Shown here piece after piece: positions 12,370 to 26,122 of a DNA stretch of 64,000 nucleotides (position 1 is its first letter; the number at the start of each line of letters is the position of its first letter). A model generated the notes under the pieces. That model ran no database searches. It was given only the letters and a program-made list of their open reading frames with translations, and was not told where the DNA came from. Where the stretch lies: assembly GCF_006345805.1 (NCBI RefSeq), contig NC_043018.1, forward strand, positions 19,654,001-19,718,000, read 5' to 3'. The DNA comes from Octopus sinensis (Eukaryota). The translations under genes were made by a program, and so were the position numbers.

Positions 12370-12885
12370 CCGTAATGTCCCATTGGCAGACCTCAACGAG
12401 CCCTTGACATTGTGGGCTTGCTCATTAATTTCCCTCTCAACAACATCCCAGATGTAGTAGTTGAGGGGTTTTAAATAGGGTAAACTATGAGGCCAAAAAG
12501 TAAGGGTCAAATGAAAATGAAAATGTTTGGCCATCCATTGTGTCATGTAGGCTGTGTGAGAAGGAAAAGAGTCTTGCTGGCACATGTATGGCCTTCTCCT
12601 AGCAACCCCTTTGATCCATTTGATCCAGGGCTTGATGACTATGAAAGAGAGTAGAGTATTGTTGATGCATGTATGGCCTCCTCTGTGCAACTCCCTTGAT
12701 CCAGAGCTTGATGACTGTGAAAAAGACCAATCTTGCTGGCACATGTATGGCCCCTTTTGAGCAACTATCTCAATCCAGGGCCTGACAACTGTCTCCATTG
12801 TCTTGCTATAGGCTGCTAAATTGATGCTAAGATCTTGTGGGAAAAATCAAGGTGGCATGACATAGCCCTCATTGTTCACAACTTG
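12370..12885 (-). mobile_element. Decayed DD37D-type mariner transposase remnant with an internal tandem duplication
   Basis: Peptide VVNNEGYVMPP*FFPQ...METVVRPW...PYMCQQD...PW...RPYMCQQDSFPSHTAY...FWPHSLPYLKPLNYYIWDVVEREIN aligns with the 3671-4545 element. Confidence 0.75.
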
Positions 12886-13169
12886 CATAACCATCACACA
12901 TGATGGGAGTTTGATGTGTGTAACATTTTCTTTATTAGGCACTCAGGCCACTAACACAGAGGGGACACTACAAGGACAGACACAACACCAGAGTGGGGAC
13001 AAAAAACACAAAACGCATGAGTATGAATATTATATAATATTAGACCCACGAAGACTACGAATTCTAGCGAGTGGTGACGGGGAATGGCAGTTTATAAATT
13101 TGAACTCGGACGTACATCTGTGCACCTGTGGATCTTAATGTCGTGTAAACGGAATGCTTTTATTTCATA

Positions 13170-13553
13170 CTAGCAGTATCGCCCGGCGTTGCTCAGGTTT
13201 GTAAGGGAAATAACTATAAAGCATTTTTAGAGAGTTATAGCCAAAAAATAGCAAAAAATGGAAAAAAATGATGGTAAATTTTTTTTTGAGATTTAAAAAA
13301 GGTGGAGTTGCGTCCCCTAGACAGTTTGTGGTTCGTGTTTCTGATTCTCGACCCCATGTCGAATTTATCGATTTTTTTCAGAACTGGGGGAACTTTTCAA
13401 AATTTTCGCTGCGTTAGTTTTGAATTATGACATTGGGCTATGTGTGTGTCAAGTTTCATCAGAATCAGTTGAAAGCCGTGGTCAGGGTGAGGGTACAACC
13501 TAACAGACACACAGAAACACACAGAGACAAACTGCCGTTTATATATAGAGAGA
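13170..13553 (-). mobile_element. Non-autonomous Helitron
   Basis: Begins TC, ends with a GC-rich subterminal hairpin (CCTGAGCAACGCCGGG) and CTAG, inserted between A and T; near-identical to 30763-31142 and 38433-38815. Confidence 0.8.
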
Positions 13554-14039
13554 TTTTGTATGTATATGCAGATATTTAACACTTTGCATGGTATTGTAGT
13601 ACTATTGTGACTATATTGCTAATAATGGAATCTATATATTGTTTTTCTAGTATTTGCGTTATCAATAATAATAATATGAATGATGATATTGGTAGCATTA
13701 GTGGTAATGACAATGATAATGAAGCTAACATTAATGACATTTTGGAAATTAATAAGAATTAATATAAGGTACTCTTGACTCTGTATATCTGCATTTAGGT
13801 ATTAATATGTGTATGTTTTTCTACATTGCAATTATCACAATATTAAGTTGAAAAACTGTAACATTGAATGTGGAACATATGTATGTTTATTGATTTATAT
13901 TATTTATATCATTATGTATATGTATATTTATATGTATAGGAGTATGAGTATATGCACTGATATGTATATGTATATGTTTTATTATGGGTATGTACCCACA
14001 CCTATATAAGTGTGTATGTAATCTGATTTGTATCACATA

Positions 14040-14166
14040 ATCTCCAAAGAGGCCTTAGGATATTTTTGTAAATGTCTCATTTATAACTATATATTGACCT
14101 ACCATAAATGGCTAATATAAGTAAAATGAGACATACTTATCTGCATGGCCGAAACAGCTGTAAGAT
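14040..14166 (+). ncRNA. Degenerate hammerhead-like motif (ACAGCTGT stem III family)
   Basis: ATCT-CCAAAGA(core mutated)-GGCC...GGCC-GAAA-CAGCTG-TA-AGAT; homologous to 26123-26234, 55093-55157 and a half copy at 12153-12172. Confidence 0.45.
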
Positions 14167-14756
14167 GTAGTCTATATTTATATTTATATTCTCTTATACA
14201 TATTGTACTTATTGTATAACATTACTCCTTTATGTACACTGTTTTGTTCTACAGTATTATGTTTGACCTTACAGTTTCTTATGTGGTGGTTTAATAAAGT
14301 ATGTGATCGGGTATTATCTGGTAATTGATATTTGATTTGGATGTATTTCTCCATTTTCTTATTTTGTATTAGTAATTTGTGGTAAAACATTTTACCTTTG
14401 CCCATATAATACAGTAAATGAATTAATTGCATCGCAATTCTTAACATTTATGTATTAACTCTGTTGGTTACTTCACTAGCAGTATATTGGATATATGTTA
14501 TCCCATGGAGGGTTGCATTTACAACCCCTATCTCAATTTGTATATATATATATATATAAATAAAATGTATACTAATTTTTTATGAATAATATATATATAC
14601 CAGTGGCCTAGCATGTGGAAAATAGTGAAAAGACCATATATTATTCATAAAAAATTAGTATACATTTTATATATATATATATATACAGAAATTCGGGGTG
14701 AGTACTTGATAATTGTAAGCACCTGTATATGCCGTTTGGTGGTGTAGGTGGTGGAG

Positions 14757-15147
14757 TAAATTAATCAAGATAAAAACATGATGCCAAGGATTCAGCGGTA
14801 CATATGTTTCGGGCCTTTATTAGACGGATTTATAACAATGCATAATGTATGTCTGTGGCTTTCTTCAGCCGCGCACAACAACTTCCACAAGGACATGTAT
14901 TACATCAAAAATTCTTGAGATGGACGCTTCATTTTTATGCTGTTGCCGCATTATGTCGTACGCGAATGAGAGGATTTGCATCCCCAACCAAGAATTTTTG
15001 ATGTAATACATGTCCTTGTGGAAGTTGTTGTGCGCGGCTGAAGAAGACCACAGACATACATTATGCATTGTTATAAATCTGTCTAATAAAGGCCCGAAAC
15101 ATATGTACCGCTGAATCTTTGGCATCATGTTTTTATTTTGATTAATT

Positions 15148-15149
<2 letters not shown>
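14757..15149. repeat. Fold-back element: 161-bp inverted arms (about 5 mismatches) with a 71-bp spacer; each arm carries a hammerhead-like motif
   Basis: 14757-14917 is the reverse complement of 14989-15149; GCGG-CTGAAGA...GAAA-CATATG-TA-CCGC at 15034-15111 (+) and 14795-14872 (-). Confidence 0.85.
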
Positions 15150-15181
<32 letters not shown>

Positions 15182-15291
15182 TGCATGTGTGTATGTAGAT
15201 ATGTATGTATATATATAATATATATAAGTGTGCACATGCATACATACACATATATATGCATGTATTTATTTACATTGTGTGTATGTATCTA

Positions 15292-15550
15292 TCTTGATCA
15301 AGACACTTTATTTCACGCTGTTCCAGTTCACTCAGCTGTAGAAATGAGTTGTGATGTCCACTGGTGTGAAGCTATATCGGCCATTGCCTTTCCCCTGGAT
15401 AACATCGGTGACGTGGAGAGGGGAGGCATGGTACGCATGAGTGACTGCTGGTCTTCCAGAAACAACCCTGTCCAGGCTTGTGCCTCAGCGGGTGACTTTC
15501 TAGGTGCAAATCCCATGGTCATCCATGACTGAAAAGGGGGGGGGTCCTTC
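15292..15550 (+). mobile_element. Family G CORE-like SINE body (5' truncated)
   Basis: CTTGATCAAGACACTTTATTTCAC...CAGTTCACTCAGCTGTAGAAATGAGTTG; same as 37633 and 39948. Confidence 0.75.
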
Positions 15551-15929
15551 TATGTATCTATCTATTTTGCTCTTCCCTTCTCTCTCTCCCTCCCTCATTC
15601 TATACATACATACACACATACATACATACATACACACCACCACACATAATAATATGTATTCTATCTATCTATCTATCTATCTACTATCTATCTATATATG
15701 TATGTATGTCTATATATATATATATATATAATATATATATATATACATATATATAATGTATATATATATATATATATATCATACACACAACATATATATG
15801 TATGTATGTATATAAAGAAATGCCCATATATGCACATGATGTGTGTTGGTGTGTATATATTATATATATATATATATAGGCAGACCAGATAGATAGATGA
15901 CGATAGATAGATAGATAGATAGATCGATC

Positions 15930-15968
<39 letters not shown>

Positions 15969-16509
15969 TGATTGATAGATGGATAGATACACATATATAC
16001 TTATATATATAAGTATATATATGTAAATATATATACATATACATACTTAATGTGCGTGTCTGCTCGCGAGCGCATCTGTACATATATGCCTGTGCGTATA
16101 TATACATATATATATATATATAAATATACAAATATATATGATATATATTTATGCATCAGAAAAGATTCCATGCTGCTCGTTGGAATTCTTCAAGTCCTCC
16201 TCTATGGAACTTTATGTATGGGAGACCATTTCAGCAGAACACCGCATTGTTTAGACCTCGGTTTCAGAGGGAGGGTTGGGGGAGAGCAAAAAACGTTGAA
16301 TCTGATGGAATTGTCAAACGGATTTTAATGTATTGCAGGGATATTTTCTTTCCCCTCCCCACATCGTTCCTTGTCCCAACACAATGGTAAATACACGCCT
16401 TTATTTCCTATTTTTTTTTGCTATGTCATATCGCTATATTTGCCTATGTTCTTCCGTAGTATAACTGCAGAGGTATTCGCCTTGGTAGAAAAATATTCTA
16501 CCTATCAAC

Positions 16510-17400
<891 letters not shown>

Positions 17401-18505
17401 CAATGTGCGACCGCCTTTCTTAATTGAGTAAATTACATACTACTACAAAAGCATGCAGGTGCCTTGTCTTAATTCAAACAAACAAAACACACACGCAATC
17501 ACATTGCTGCCTGTCTGCCTCAGTAATTGCTTAACGTGAAAGTTATTTGCTCTGTATTTATTATTACCATTATCATTACTATTCTTATTACTTATATTAT
17601 TATTATTATTATTATCGAACAGGAACAGAGGGCATGAAATATATACAGCTGCAAAATATCGACTGTTTTTCAGAATTTACTATTACTAGGAAATCATTAA
17701 TATCTTTTAAGCAATTATTAATATTAGTTGTACTATTACTAGTAACCGTAACAGTAGTGGTATGTACTCTGTGTGTGTGTGTCAGTGTGTGTGTGTGTAA
17801 GAAATGGTTCGTTATATAAAGAAATCCTCCACCACCACCATCATCATCATTATCGTCATCATCATCATGATCATCATTGTTTATCGTCTTTTACACCATT
17901 CCAGATATTAATAAAACCATATATTCAGCATGCAATAATAATAATTATAATTAATAATAATAATAATATAATAATGATAATAATAATTGTTCTATTAACC
18001 AACTAAAGGGTTCACAATAAACGATGCCGATAAACCTAACTAACCCCAAAGACCGGGTGTACATACATATTCTTTACTTTCGCCTCGTTAAACATACAGA
18101 ATCATTAAAAAGAAAGGTTTAATTATCATCATGATCATCATCATCATTATTATTATTATTATTATTATTGTTGTTATTGCTGTTGTTATTTATAGATGTG
18201 TTAAAGTCGTTGGAGCGTCAGACTCCACACTCTGTGGTTTTGAAATTACATTTCAATTACATGCTTCCACATCTTTTGCAAATGTTAAAAACAAATGCTA
18301 TTGTTATTATGTAATATATATATATTCGTCCATGTGTGTGTGTGTATAAACTACTGTTGTGTGTGTAAACTCTACTGTTGTTGTTTAGCCCAACACTATG
18401 ATTAAAGGCATTCTAATGTGACCATCCCGCCTTCTTAGATTTGTGTAGACCCACCGCGACTAACGAGCCATCTCTTCTTGTTTTTTTTTCTGTTTCAAAC
18501 ACGAT

Positions 18506-18921
18506 AAACTGTAATCTGTAGGGGTATTTAACTGCTATTTCTGAAGCTGGAATACCACAAAGAGACGGTTCTCTCGTTGCACTGACAAACTGTAATCTGG
18601 GGGTATTTAACTGCTATTTCTGAAGCTGGAATACCACTAAGAGGCGGTTCCCTCGTTGCACTGACAAACTGTAATCTGGTGGGGTATTTAACTGCTATTT
18701 CTGAAGCTGGAGTGCCACAAAGAGACGGTTCCCTCGTTGAACTGACAAACTGTAATCTGGGGGGGGGGGGGGTATTTAACTGCTATTTCTGAAGCTGGAA
18801 TACCACAAAGAGACGGTTCTCTCGTTGAACTGACAAACTGTAATCTGGGGGGGTATTTAGCTGCTATTTCTGAAGCTGGAATACCACAAAGAGGCGGTTC
18901 CCTCGTTGCACTGACAAACTG
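18506..18921. repeat. Minisatellite: 5 units of about 80 bp derived from an interspersed-repeat segment (AACTGCTATTTCTGAAGC)
   Basis: AAACTGTAATCT recurs at 18506, 18587, 18666, 18747 and 18835; related dispersed copy at 63045-63232. Confidence 0.9.
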
Positions 18922-19530
18922 TCTGTAAACAATGTCTCTGGCAAAGATGTCGCTTCTTTGACAGAAAGAACACCAGACTCGAAGAACATCGGCCTTAAAC
19001 GGTTTTTTATGCACTTCGAACTAAACTTCTTTAGTCTCACTTGGAACCACAACACGTTCGATTTTGTCTTCGATCTCGTAGAATCAATAAAATAAATATT
19101 AATTATGTATATAAAGAGAACGAAGTTTCAATTTTCTATAGTTATTCCTTCCACACACCAGTATTCCTGTACCATAATTAGGAATTCTTTAGCTCCAGTT
19201 CAGTTCTATAACCAAAAGGAGTTCCACTAACACCTATTTCGCCTTTTTTTAAGGCATTGTCTACATAGGACTACATTATTTAATGTGTCCCCTCCCCCTT
19301 TTTTTTTAATGCAATAAAATTGGTTTGGAAGAGATTTCGCTATTGTGTCTAGCTTCTCAGACGACCACATTGAGGCTGTTTTTGTTATGTCCGAGACGGA
19401 ATTTACCGAACTTAAACGTATTACATTTATTTCGTTTCTTCTCTCAGGGTTTTAAGTTCAAATCATGGCTAATTTTACTGCCGAAAAATGTTTTTAACAA
19501 AAAGGGAGCCTTCGTGTGGCTACACGGCTA

Positions 19531-20231
19531 GCTAGAAATAACAGTCAAACTAACGGGTTTGATCCGAGCAAATACGGAATCATAAAAGACCCCTTATGAT
19601 AATGTAATCCTCGACATATCTCTAAAAAGGTGGGGGTGGTCACGATTGGAATATCTTGTTATTACCAACTTAACGACAAAGAAGCTTCTGTGTAGTCGTT
19701 TTGCTTGCTAGAAATAATAACAAAATCTCTCCTCCACCCCATCAAATTACATTCTGCTGTCTCAAATAACAACAACCTTAGAAAAAGCGATTCTGTAATT
19801 ATGGATATAGTTCTAAAAAAATGGCGGGATGGTCACGTTTGGAAATACCATTCATCATGTTATTACCAACCAACGGGGAAGCTTCTATTGGCACCGGTTT
19901 GCTAGAAATAACAGCCAAATCTCTCCTCCCCACCACTAAAATCACGCCTGACTGTGTGTCAAATAAGATAAGAAGAACAACATTAAATAATGTAATGCTA
20001 GACGTAATTGTTAAAAGGCGTGATGGTCACGTTTGGAATACCATTCATCATGTTATTTACCAACCAACGGGGAAGCTTCTATTGGTACCGGTTTGCTAGA
20101 AATAACAGCCAAATCTCTCCCCCTACCGCCACTAAATCACTCCTGACTGTGTGTGTCAAATAAGATAAGAAGAACAACATTAAATAATGTAAATGCTAGG
20201 CGTAATTGTTAAAAGGCGTGATGGTCACGTC
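19531..20231. repeat. Tandem array: 4 units of 176-194 bp, same parent repeat as 18506-18921 but opposite orientation
   Basis: GCTAGAAATAA recurs at 19531, 19707, 19901 and 20095; the last two units are nearly identical. Confidence 0.85.
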
Positions 20232-20296
20232 CGGAATTCCTGCGATCACGGAACGAGGTGATGCGGTGCTGAAGCATCATCACCAACCGTTTTCAC

Positions 20297-20350
20297 ATGT
20301 CTGACGCCAAGTTCGGTCGGGTTTATTGTGACATGCACTCTTATGGTGAA
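20297..20350 (+). CDS. Candidate first coding exon MSDAKFGRVYCDMHSYGE (phase 0)
   Basis: ATG-initiated open frame ending exactly at GAA|GTAAGC in CpG-rich unique sequence; no homolog recognised. Confidence 0.3.
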
Positions 20351-20431
20351 GTAAGCAAATTTTTGTTTTTTGGGGGGTTTCGTTCGAGTCGCTCTTAGAA
20401 AAACACGTTTTTCTCTTTTGTTATTTACGTC

Positions 20432-21016
20432 GGCGATCTTTCGTCTCTAGTAGACCTTTCCGTCGATTTCCGTAAAAAAAAATTTTTTTTTTTTTTACAT
20501 ATGGGCTTGCGGGAACTTTTGAAGTAATATACATACATATACACACACATACATACATACATACATAAATACATACATACATACATACATACATACATGC
20601 CTGCATACATACATAAATACATACATATACACACACATACTTACACACACACATACATAGATACATACACATACACACATACATGCATACATACATATAC
20701 ACATACACCGAGTAAAAAATTTCAGTTATCTCTTTCTTTCACACATTACTCTGTCTCTTCACACACACTAACAGAAGCACTTCACTTACACAACATACTG
20801 TCTGTCTCCCACACTCCATCAAACACACACACACACATGTACATCAATGCTTCACATGCACGGCAACTTCAAAAGAACTTCCCTCGTCATACAATCGCTT
20901 TCTCTTAGTCTCTTTCGCTCTCATTACTTCAAAAGTTCCCGCAAGCCCATATGTAAAAAAAAAAAAAAATTTTTACGGAAATCGACGGAAAGGTCTACTA
21001 GAGACGAAAGATTGCC
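20432..21016. repeat. Inverted repeat with arms of about 95 bp (20432-20528 / 20923-21016)
   Basis: ATCTTTCGTCTCTAGTAGACCTTTCCGTCGATTTCCGTAAAA...GCGGGAACTTTTGAAGTAAT and its reverse complement. Confidence 0.9.
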
Positions 21017-22169
21017 ATTTACGTCTGTAACGGGCTCTTGGAGAAAGGCATGCATGTCGCATCTTCCCATTAAATTCCACCCTTTCCCGCTACCCCCCCC
21101 CCACTGCACACTGCCATTCCCCGTCGCCACTCACAGGAATTCGTATTCTTCGTGGGTCTAAAACCCAAACCAAACAATAGCTTTTCGTTAAAGTACCAAT
21201 TCCCTTTCGTAGTAGCGGTAGTGGTGGGATGGTGTACGGGTAGTGATTATGGTGGTGGTGGTTGTAGGAGTAGTTGCAGTAGTCGTGGTGGTTGATGGTG
21301 ATTGCTGTTATAAGGGTGGTAGGGCGGGTGGCGTACGGGTAGCGGTTATGGCGGTGCTTGTAGTGATGATGGTAGCGGTAGCGGTTGTGGTTGTCGTAAC
21401 AGTAGTAGAGTGGTGGTTAAGGCGGTGGTATGGACGGTGGTAGTAGTAGTAGTTGGAGTGATGGTGGAGGTGGAAGTAGGAGTAATAATGATGACGATGG
21501 TGGTGGCGGTAGCGGGAGTTGTTTAAGTCCAGAGTTAGCGCCGATAGAGCAGACCTGTCTACAATCGATCGAAGACGGTATAGCCATGACCATCGCATCT
21601 TTGTGTATGCAGTGTGCAATGTTTTCCTTTAAGATATCAAGGAAATGGTGGGGGGTTTGGTTGCTGTTGTTTCTAGCAACACGAGCGACCAGCTAAGAAA
21701 CTTTCTTTCTCCCAATCTGTCTTGCTGTCTCCTTTCTCTCTCTCTCTCTCTCCCTCTATTTCTATCTCTGCCTCTTCATCTCTCTTTCTCTCTCTCTCCC
21801 TCTATTTCTATGTCTGCCTCTTCATCTCTCTCTCTCTCTCCTTTCTGCCTATGTCCTTCAGTCTGTCTCTATCTTTCTTTCCACTGCTCTGTCTGTCTCT
21901 TTCTCTTTCTTTCTCCCTCTTCCTCCCTCTCAATCTGCTTGTCCTTATTTCTCTCTCTCTCTCTATTTCTCTCTCTTTTATTCGTCTCTCTTTTTCTTGT
22001 TAACTGTCCCTGTTGGCACTTTGACACTGTAATTTAAAATATTTATATATTTAATTTAAAATTTATAAATAAATAAATCAAATAACATTTAATGGAAGTT
22101 TTATAAACAAAATTGTTATACATAGATATAAATATCTCATATAATAACAACAATAATAATAATAAAATG

Positions 22170-22885
22170 CCCCAATGCAGTAGCAGACAGTGGCTCTCAT
22201 GACTTCTGATTTTAACTGATTTGAAGTGTTATCATGTACATTGTTTTGTCTTGGTATAAAAGATGGGCTACAGCAAATATTCTGCTCAATACCTATTTCT
22301 TTATTGCCCACAAGGGGCTAAACATAGAGGGAACAAACAAGGACAGACATAGGTATTAAGTCGATTACATGAACCCCAGTGCGTAACTGATACTTAATTT
22401 ATCGAGCCCGAAAGGATGAAAGGCAAAGTTGACCTCAGCGGAATTTGAACTCAGAACGTAGCGGCAGACAAAATACCTATTTCTTTATTACCCACAAGGG
22501 GCTAAACACAGAGGGGGACAAACAAGGACAGACATAGGTATTATGTCGATTACATCGACCCCAGTGCATAACTGGTACTTAATTTATTGACCCTGAAAGG
22601 ATGAAAAGCAAAGTCGACCTCGGCGGAATTTGAACTCAGAACGTAGCGGCAGACGAAATACCTATTTCTTTATTACCCACAAGGGGCTAAACTTAGAGGG
22701 AACAAACAAGGACAGACATAGATAGGTATTAAGTCGATTACATGAACCCCAGTGCGTAACTGGTACTTAATTTATCGACCCCAAAAGGATGAAAGGCAAA
22801 GTCGACCTCGGCGGAATTTGAACTCAGAACGTAGCAGCAGACGAAATACCACTTAGCATTTTTCCCGGCGTGCTAACGATTCTGC
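22170..22885 (-). mobile_element. Family C SINE with its body in tandem triplicate (184, 185 and 188 bp units at 22290-22846)
   Basis: TACCTATTTCTTTATT at 22290, 22474 and 22659; B-box-like GAGTTCAAATTCC and GACTTTGCCTTTCATCCTTTCGGGGTCGATAAATTAAGTACC on the minus strand; monomer at 49098-49332. Confidence 0.85.
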
Positions 22886-23274
22886 CAGCTCACCACAGAC
22901 ACATATGTCATTAACAACATCACACAATTTGTGACAAAGCTGCACCTTTTGATTTACAGGTACCATCCACTTGACAGGCTTCTGTACAGTTTCCATCTAC
23001 CCATTTTCACTCACAGAGTATGGGCTGACCTGAGGCTGTAGAAAATAACATTTGCCCAACATATTTATTCATTCATTTTATGGTCATTTTGTTCCATGGT
23101 TGCATGAGTTAGATGAATACTTACCATTGAGCTGTTATTTTTATTGCCGGATGCTCTTTCTGTCACTAACACTTAATGACTTTTTAAGTGGGGGACTTTT
23201 ATTTATTTATTTCCTCTATATCTTTGAAAGTGCAGAGTAAGAAGAAAATTCTGTTGACAAAGAATGTCAATAAA

Positions 23275-23419
23275 GAAGGGCAGACTAAAGCGTTGGTCAA
23301 TCGGGCACTGCCCAAAGGCCAGGATCTCTGAGGGGCCCACTCTCTCCATGTTAGCTCTACAAAGCAGCATGGTAAACAGTTATACCCGAGGGCCCTCGGT
23401 TATACTCAGTCTGCCCCTG
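23275..23419. mobile_element. Probable hAT-type MITE
   Basis: TIRs GAAGGGCAGACT / CAGGGGCAGACT and an imperfect 8-bp TSD TCAATAAA / TCAACAAA. Confidence 0.5.
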
Positions 23420-23754
23420 TCAACAAACCTCACCGATTTTTAACTCGACACTTGCATGTAGAACACACAATGTAAACATCCACTTGTGCACATGCATGTG
23501 TGCGTGACCACACACACACACACACTCATACAAACGCACACATGTACAAATGTGTGTTCATACAGCTTCTATCTACCAGTTACATTTACAAGGCTTTGGT
23601 CAGCTTGGACATATGGTACCAGATACCTAAGGTGCCATTCTGTAGAATTGACACCAAAACCCCGTGACTGCAAAGAGAACTTCTTAGAATTACTTAGCCA
23701 TGTCTATGTTATACATACATGCCCATACATACATTCACACACATAAATGTGACC

Positions 23755-23960
23755 ACGTGTGTACCGTTGGCGATTTTTTTCCTCTGTCTTCCCTTCTCTG
23801 GATCTTTCCTTCTCCTATGTTTCCGATGAAGAGGCTCCGCTCGAAACGTTAAACCCTCCTTCTTTCCTTCTTTCCTGAGCGTCCAATAATACTATATTTG
23901 TTCCACGTCCTTGCATTGTTGTGTTTTCTCTTTGTGTTTTCATGTTTGGATTAACTTTAT
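23755..23960 (+). mobile_element. Family D Penelope-like fragment (hammerhead-like motif 23819-23854 with a 1-nt stem II insertion)
   Basis: GTTT-CCGATGA-A-GAGGCTCCGCTC-GAAA-CGTT-AAAC. Confidence 0.6.
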
Positions 23961-24510
23961 ATATATATACATACATATAAGTGTATATACACACACGCAC
24001 ACATATATGTATACACACACACACACATGTATATATGTATACACACACATACATATATATATTCACACCACACATCAAAAGAAAAGATACATGACAAACG
24101 TCTATTTAAAGAGCTCTACGTCCTCACTTTGGAGTAAAATTCCTAAGATTTATGTTAACTCGTCTGGAAAATATTTCAACCATTTGTCATTGCCAGATGT
24201 GGTGGCAGTGTGATACATATTGATACTGCATGGCGTGTAAACAAAAACATTTGTGTACAGCTAACGATGAGGTTTGAATGTATATTGCCATCACTCTTCA
24301 ACGACATAACCACCACCACCACCATCATCATCATCATTATTTAATATCTGTCTTCCATGCTGGCATGAGTTTGAAGGTTTGACAGGAGCCAATAAGCCAG
24401 AGAACTGTGCCAAGCTTCAGTCCTCTTTGACATGGTTTCTACAACTGGATGCCTTTCCTAATATCAACCACTTTACAGAGTAAACTGGGCGCTTTATGTG
24501 ACACCAGTCA

Positions 24511-24549
<39 letters not shown>

Positions 24550-25038
24550 ACACACACACAATTTGTGACAAAGCTGCACCTTACAGGTACCATCCACATG
24601 ACAGGCTTCTGTACAGTTTCCATCTACCCAATTTCACTCACAGGGTTGACCTGAGGCTGTAGAAAATAACATTTGCCCAATGATAATACCTTTGTGACCC
24701 ACCTCTCTTATTTCTGTCTCTATTTACTTACGAGCACTATTTCATCCTCTCTTCTATTTGTTCTTGGAGTTCACAGTCTGCCTGCATGCCTGTCTCTCTT
24801 GTCGGTTGACTGTACAACACTTTTCTGTCTATGTCACCCTCTCTCCTTCTCTCACCTATCTCATTCTTTTTATAATACTTTTTCTCTCTCCCTCATCACC
24901 TTTTTCAGCAGAGCTACTAGCTTCCCTTTTACATTTTAATAGTATTTACAGAAAGAGTGAAATCAGCCAACAAAATTGGGACACATGGCATACTCTTATA
25001 CATTCGTGTATATATTTATATGTATATACATATGTGTC

Positions 25039-25473
25039 GGAGTGGCTGTGTGGTAAGTAGCTTGCTTACCAGCCACATGGTTCCGGGTTCAGTCCCACTG
25101 CGTGGCACTTGGGCAACAGTCTTCTACTATAGCCTCGAGCTGACTAAAGCCTTGTGAATGGATTTGGTAGACGGAAACCGAAAGAAGTCCATTGTATATA
25201 TGTATATATGTATATATAGATATATATATATATATGTATGTGTATTTGTGTATATGTTTGTGTATCTGTGTTTGTCCCACCAACATTGCTTGACAACCGA
25301 TGCTGGTGTGCTTACGTCCCCGTAACTTAGCGGTTTGGCAAAAGACCTTGATAGAATAAGTACTAGGCTTACAAAGAATAAGTCTTGGGGTTGATTTGCT
25401 TAATCAACTAAAGGCAGTGCTCCAGCATGGCCACAGTCAAATGATTGAAGCAAGTAAAAGAGTAAAAGAGAGT
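25039..25473 (+). mobile_element. Family A SINE
   Basis: Full family A pattern. Confidence 0.85.
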
Positions 25474-25904
25474 ATATGTGTATGTATTTATATGTATGTA
25501 CATAGGTGCAGGCATGAGTCTAGAGTTAAGAAGTTTATTTTGCAACCATATGATTTCGGGTTCAGTCTCACTGTGTGGCACCTTGGGCAAATGTCTTCTG
25601 TTTAACCCTTGGCTTACATATATACATACACACACACATACATACATACTTACATACATATATATATATATAATAGAAATACAAAATGGCTGACGGTTAG
25701 TAAGGAGAGACACAAATAAGAAAGAAGAAAACAAAGGACCACTGATGTGGTCACAGGAGTGCGGCGAAAGAACTCTGGCCGAAATAGGATTAAGATTAAT
25801 GTAAAAAATAAATAACACTGAAGCAAAATAACACCAAATATATAGTGCGTGTGTTTTTATTTGCGAAACTGGCAAAATGATCATTCCGAAATATAACAAA
25901 ATAT

Positions 25905-25948
<44 letters not shown>

Positions 25949-26122
25949 GAAAATGGAGAAACATACTTAAATCAATAAAACATCAACTATCAGATGATAC
26001 CCAATCAATACTTTATTACACCATTACATATCAGTAAAGGCATTATACAAAATATACAGTAAATGTATATAGACAAGGAAATATAAGTATAAAATTTCAA
26101 ATATAATATGTAATTAAATCAT

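Noticed and set aside
19020-19080. Minus-strand peptide YEIEDKIERVVVPSETKEV resembling bacterial NusG
   Set aside because: Only 19 aa, bounded by stops, in a eukaryotic context; treated as coincidence
25741-25800. CTGATGT...GGCCGAAA possible further hammerhead
   Set aside because: Core A9 is missing and there is no palindromic stem III or stem I
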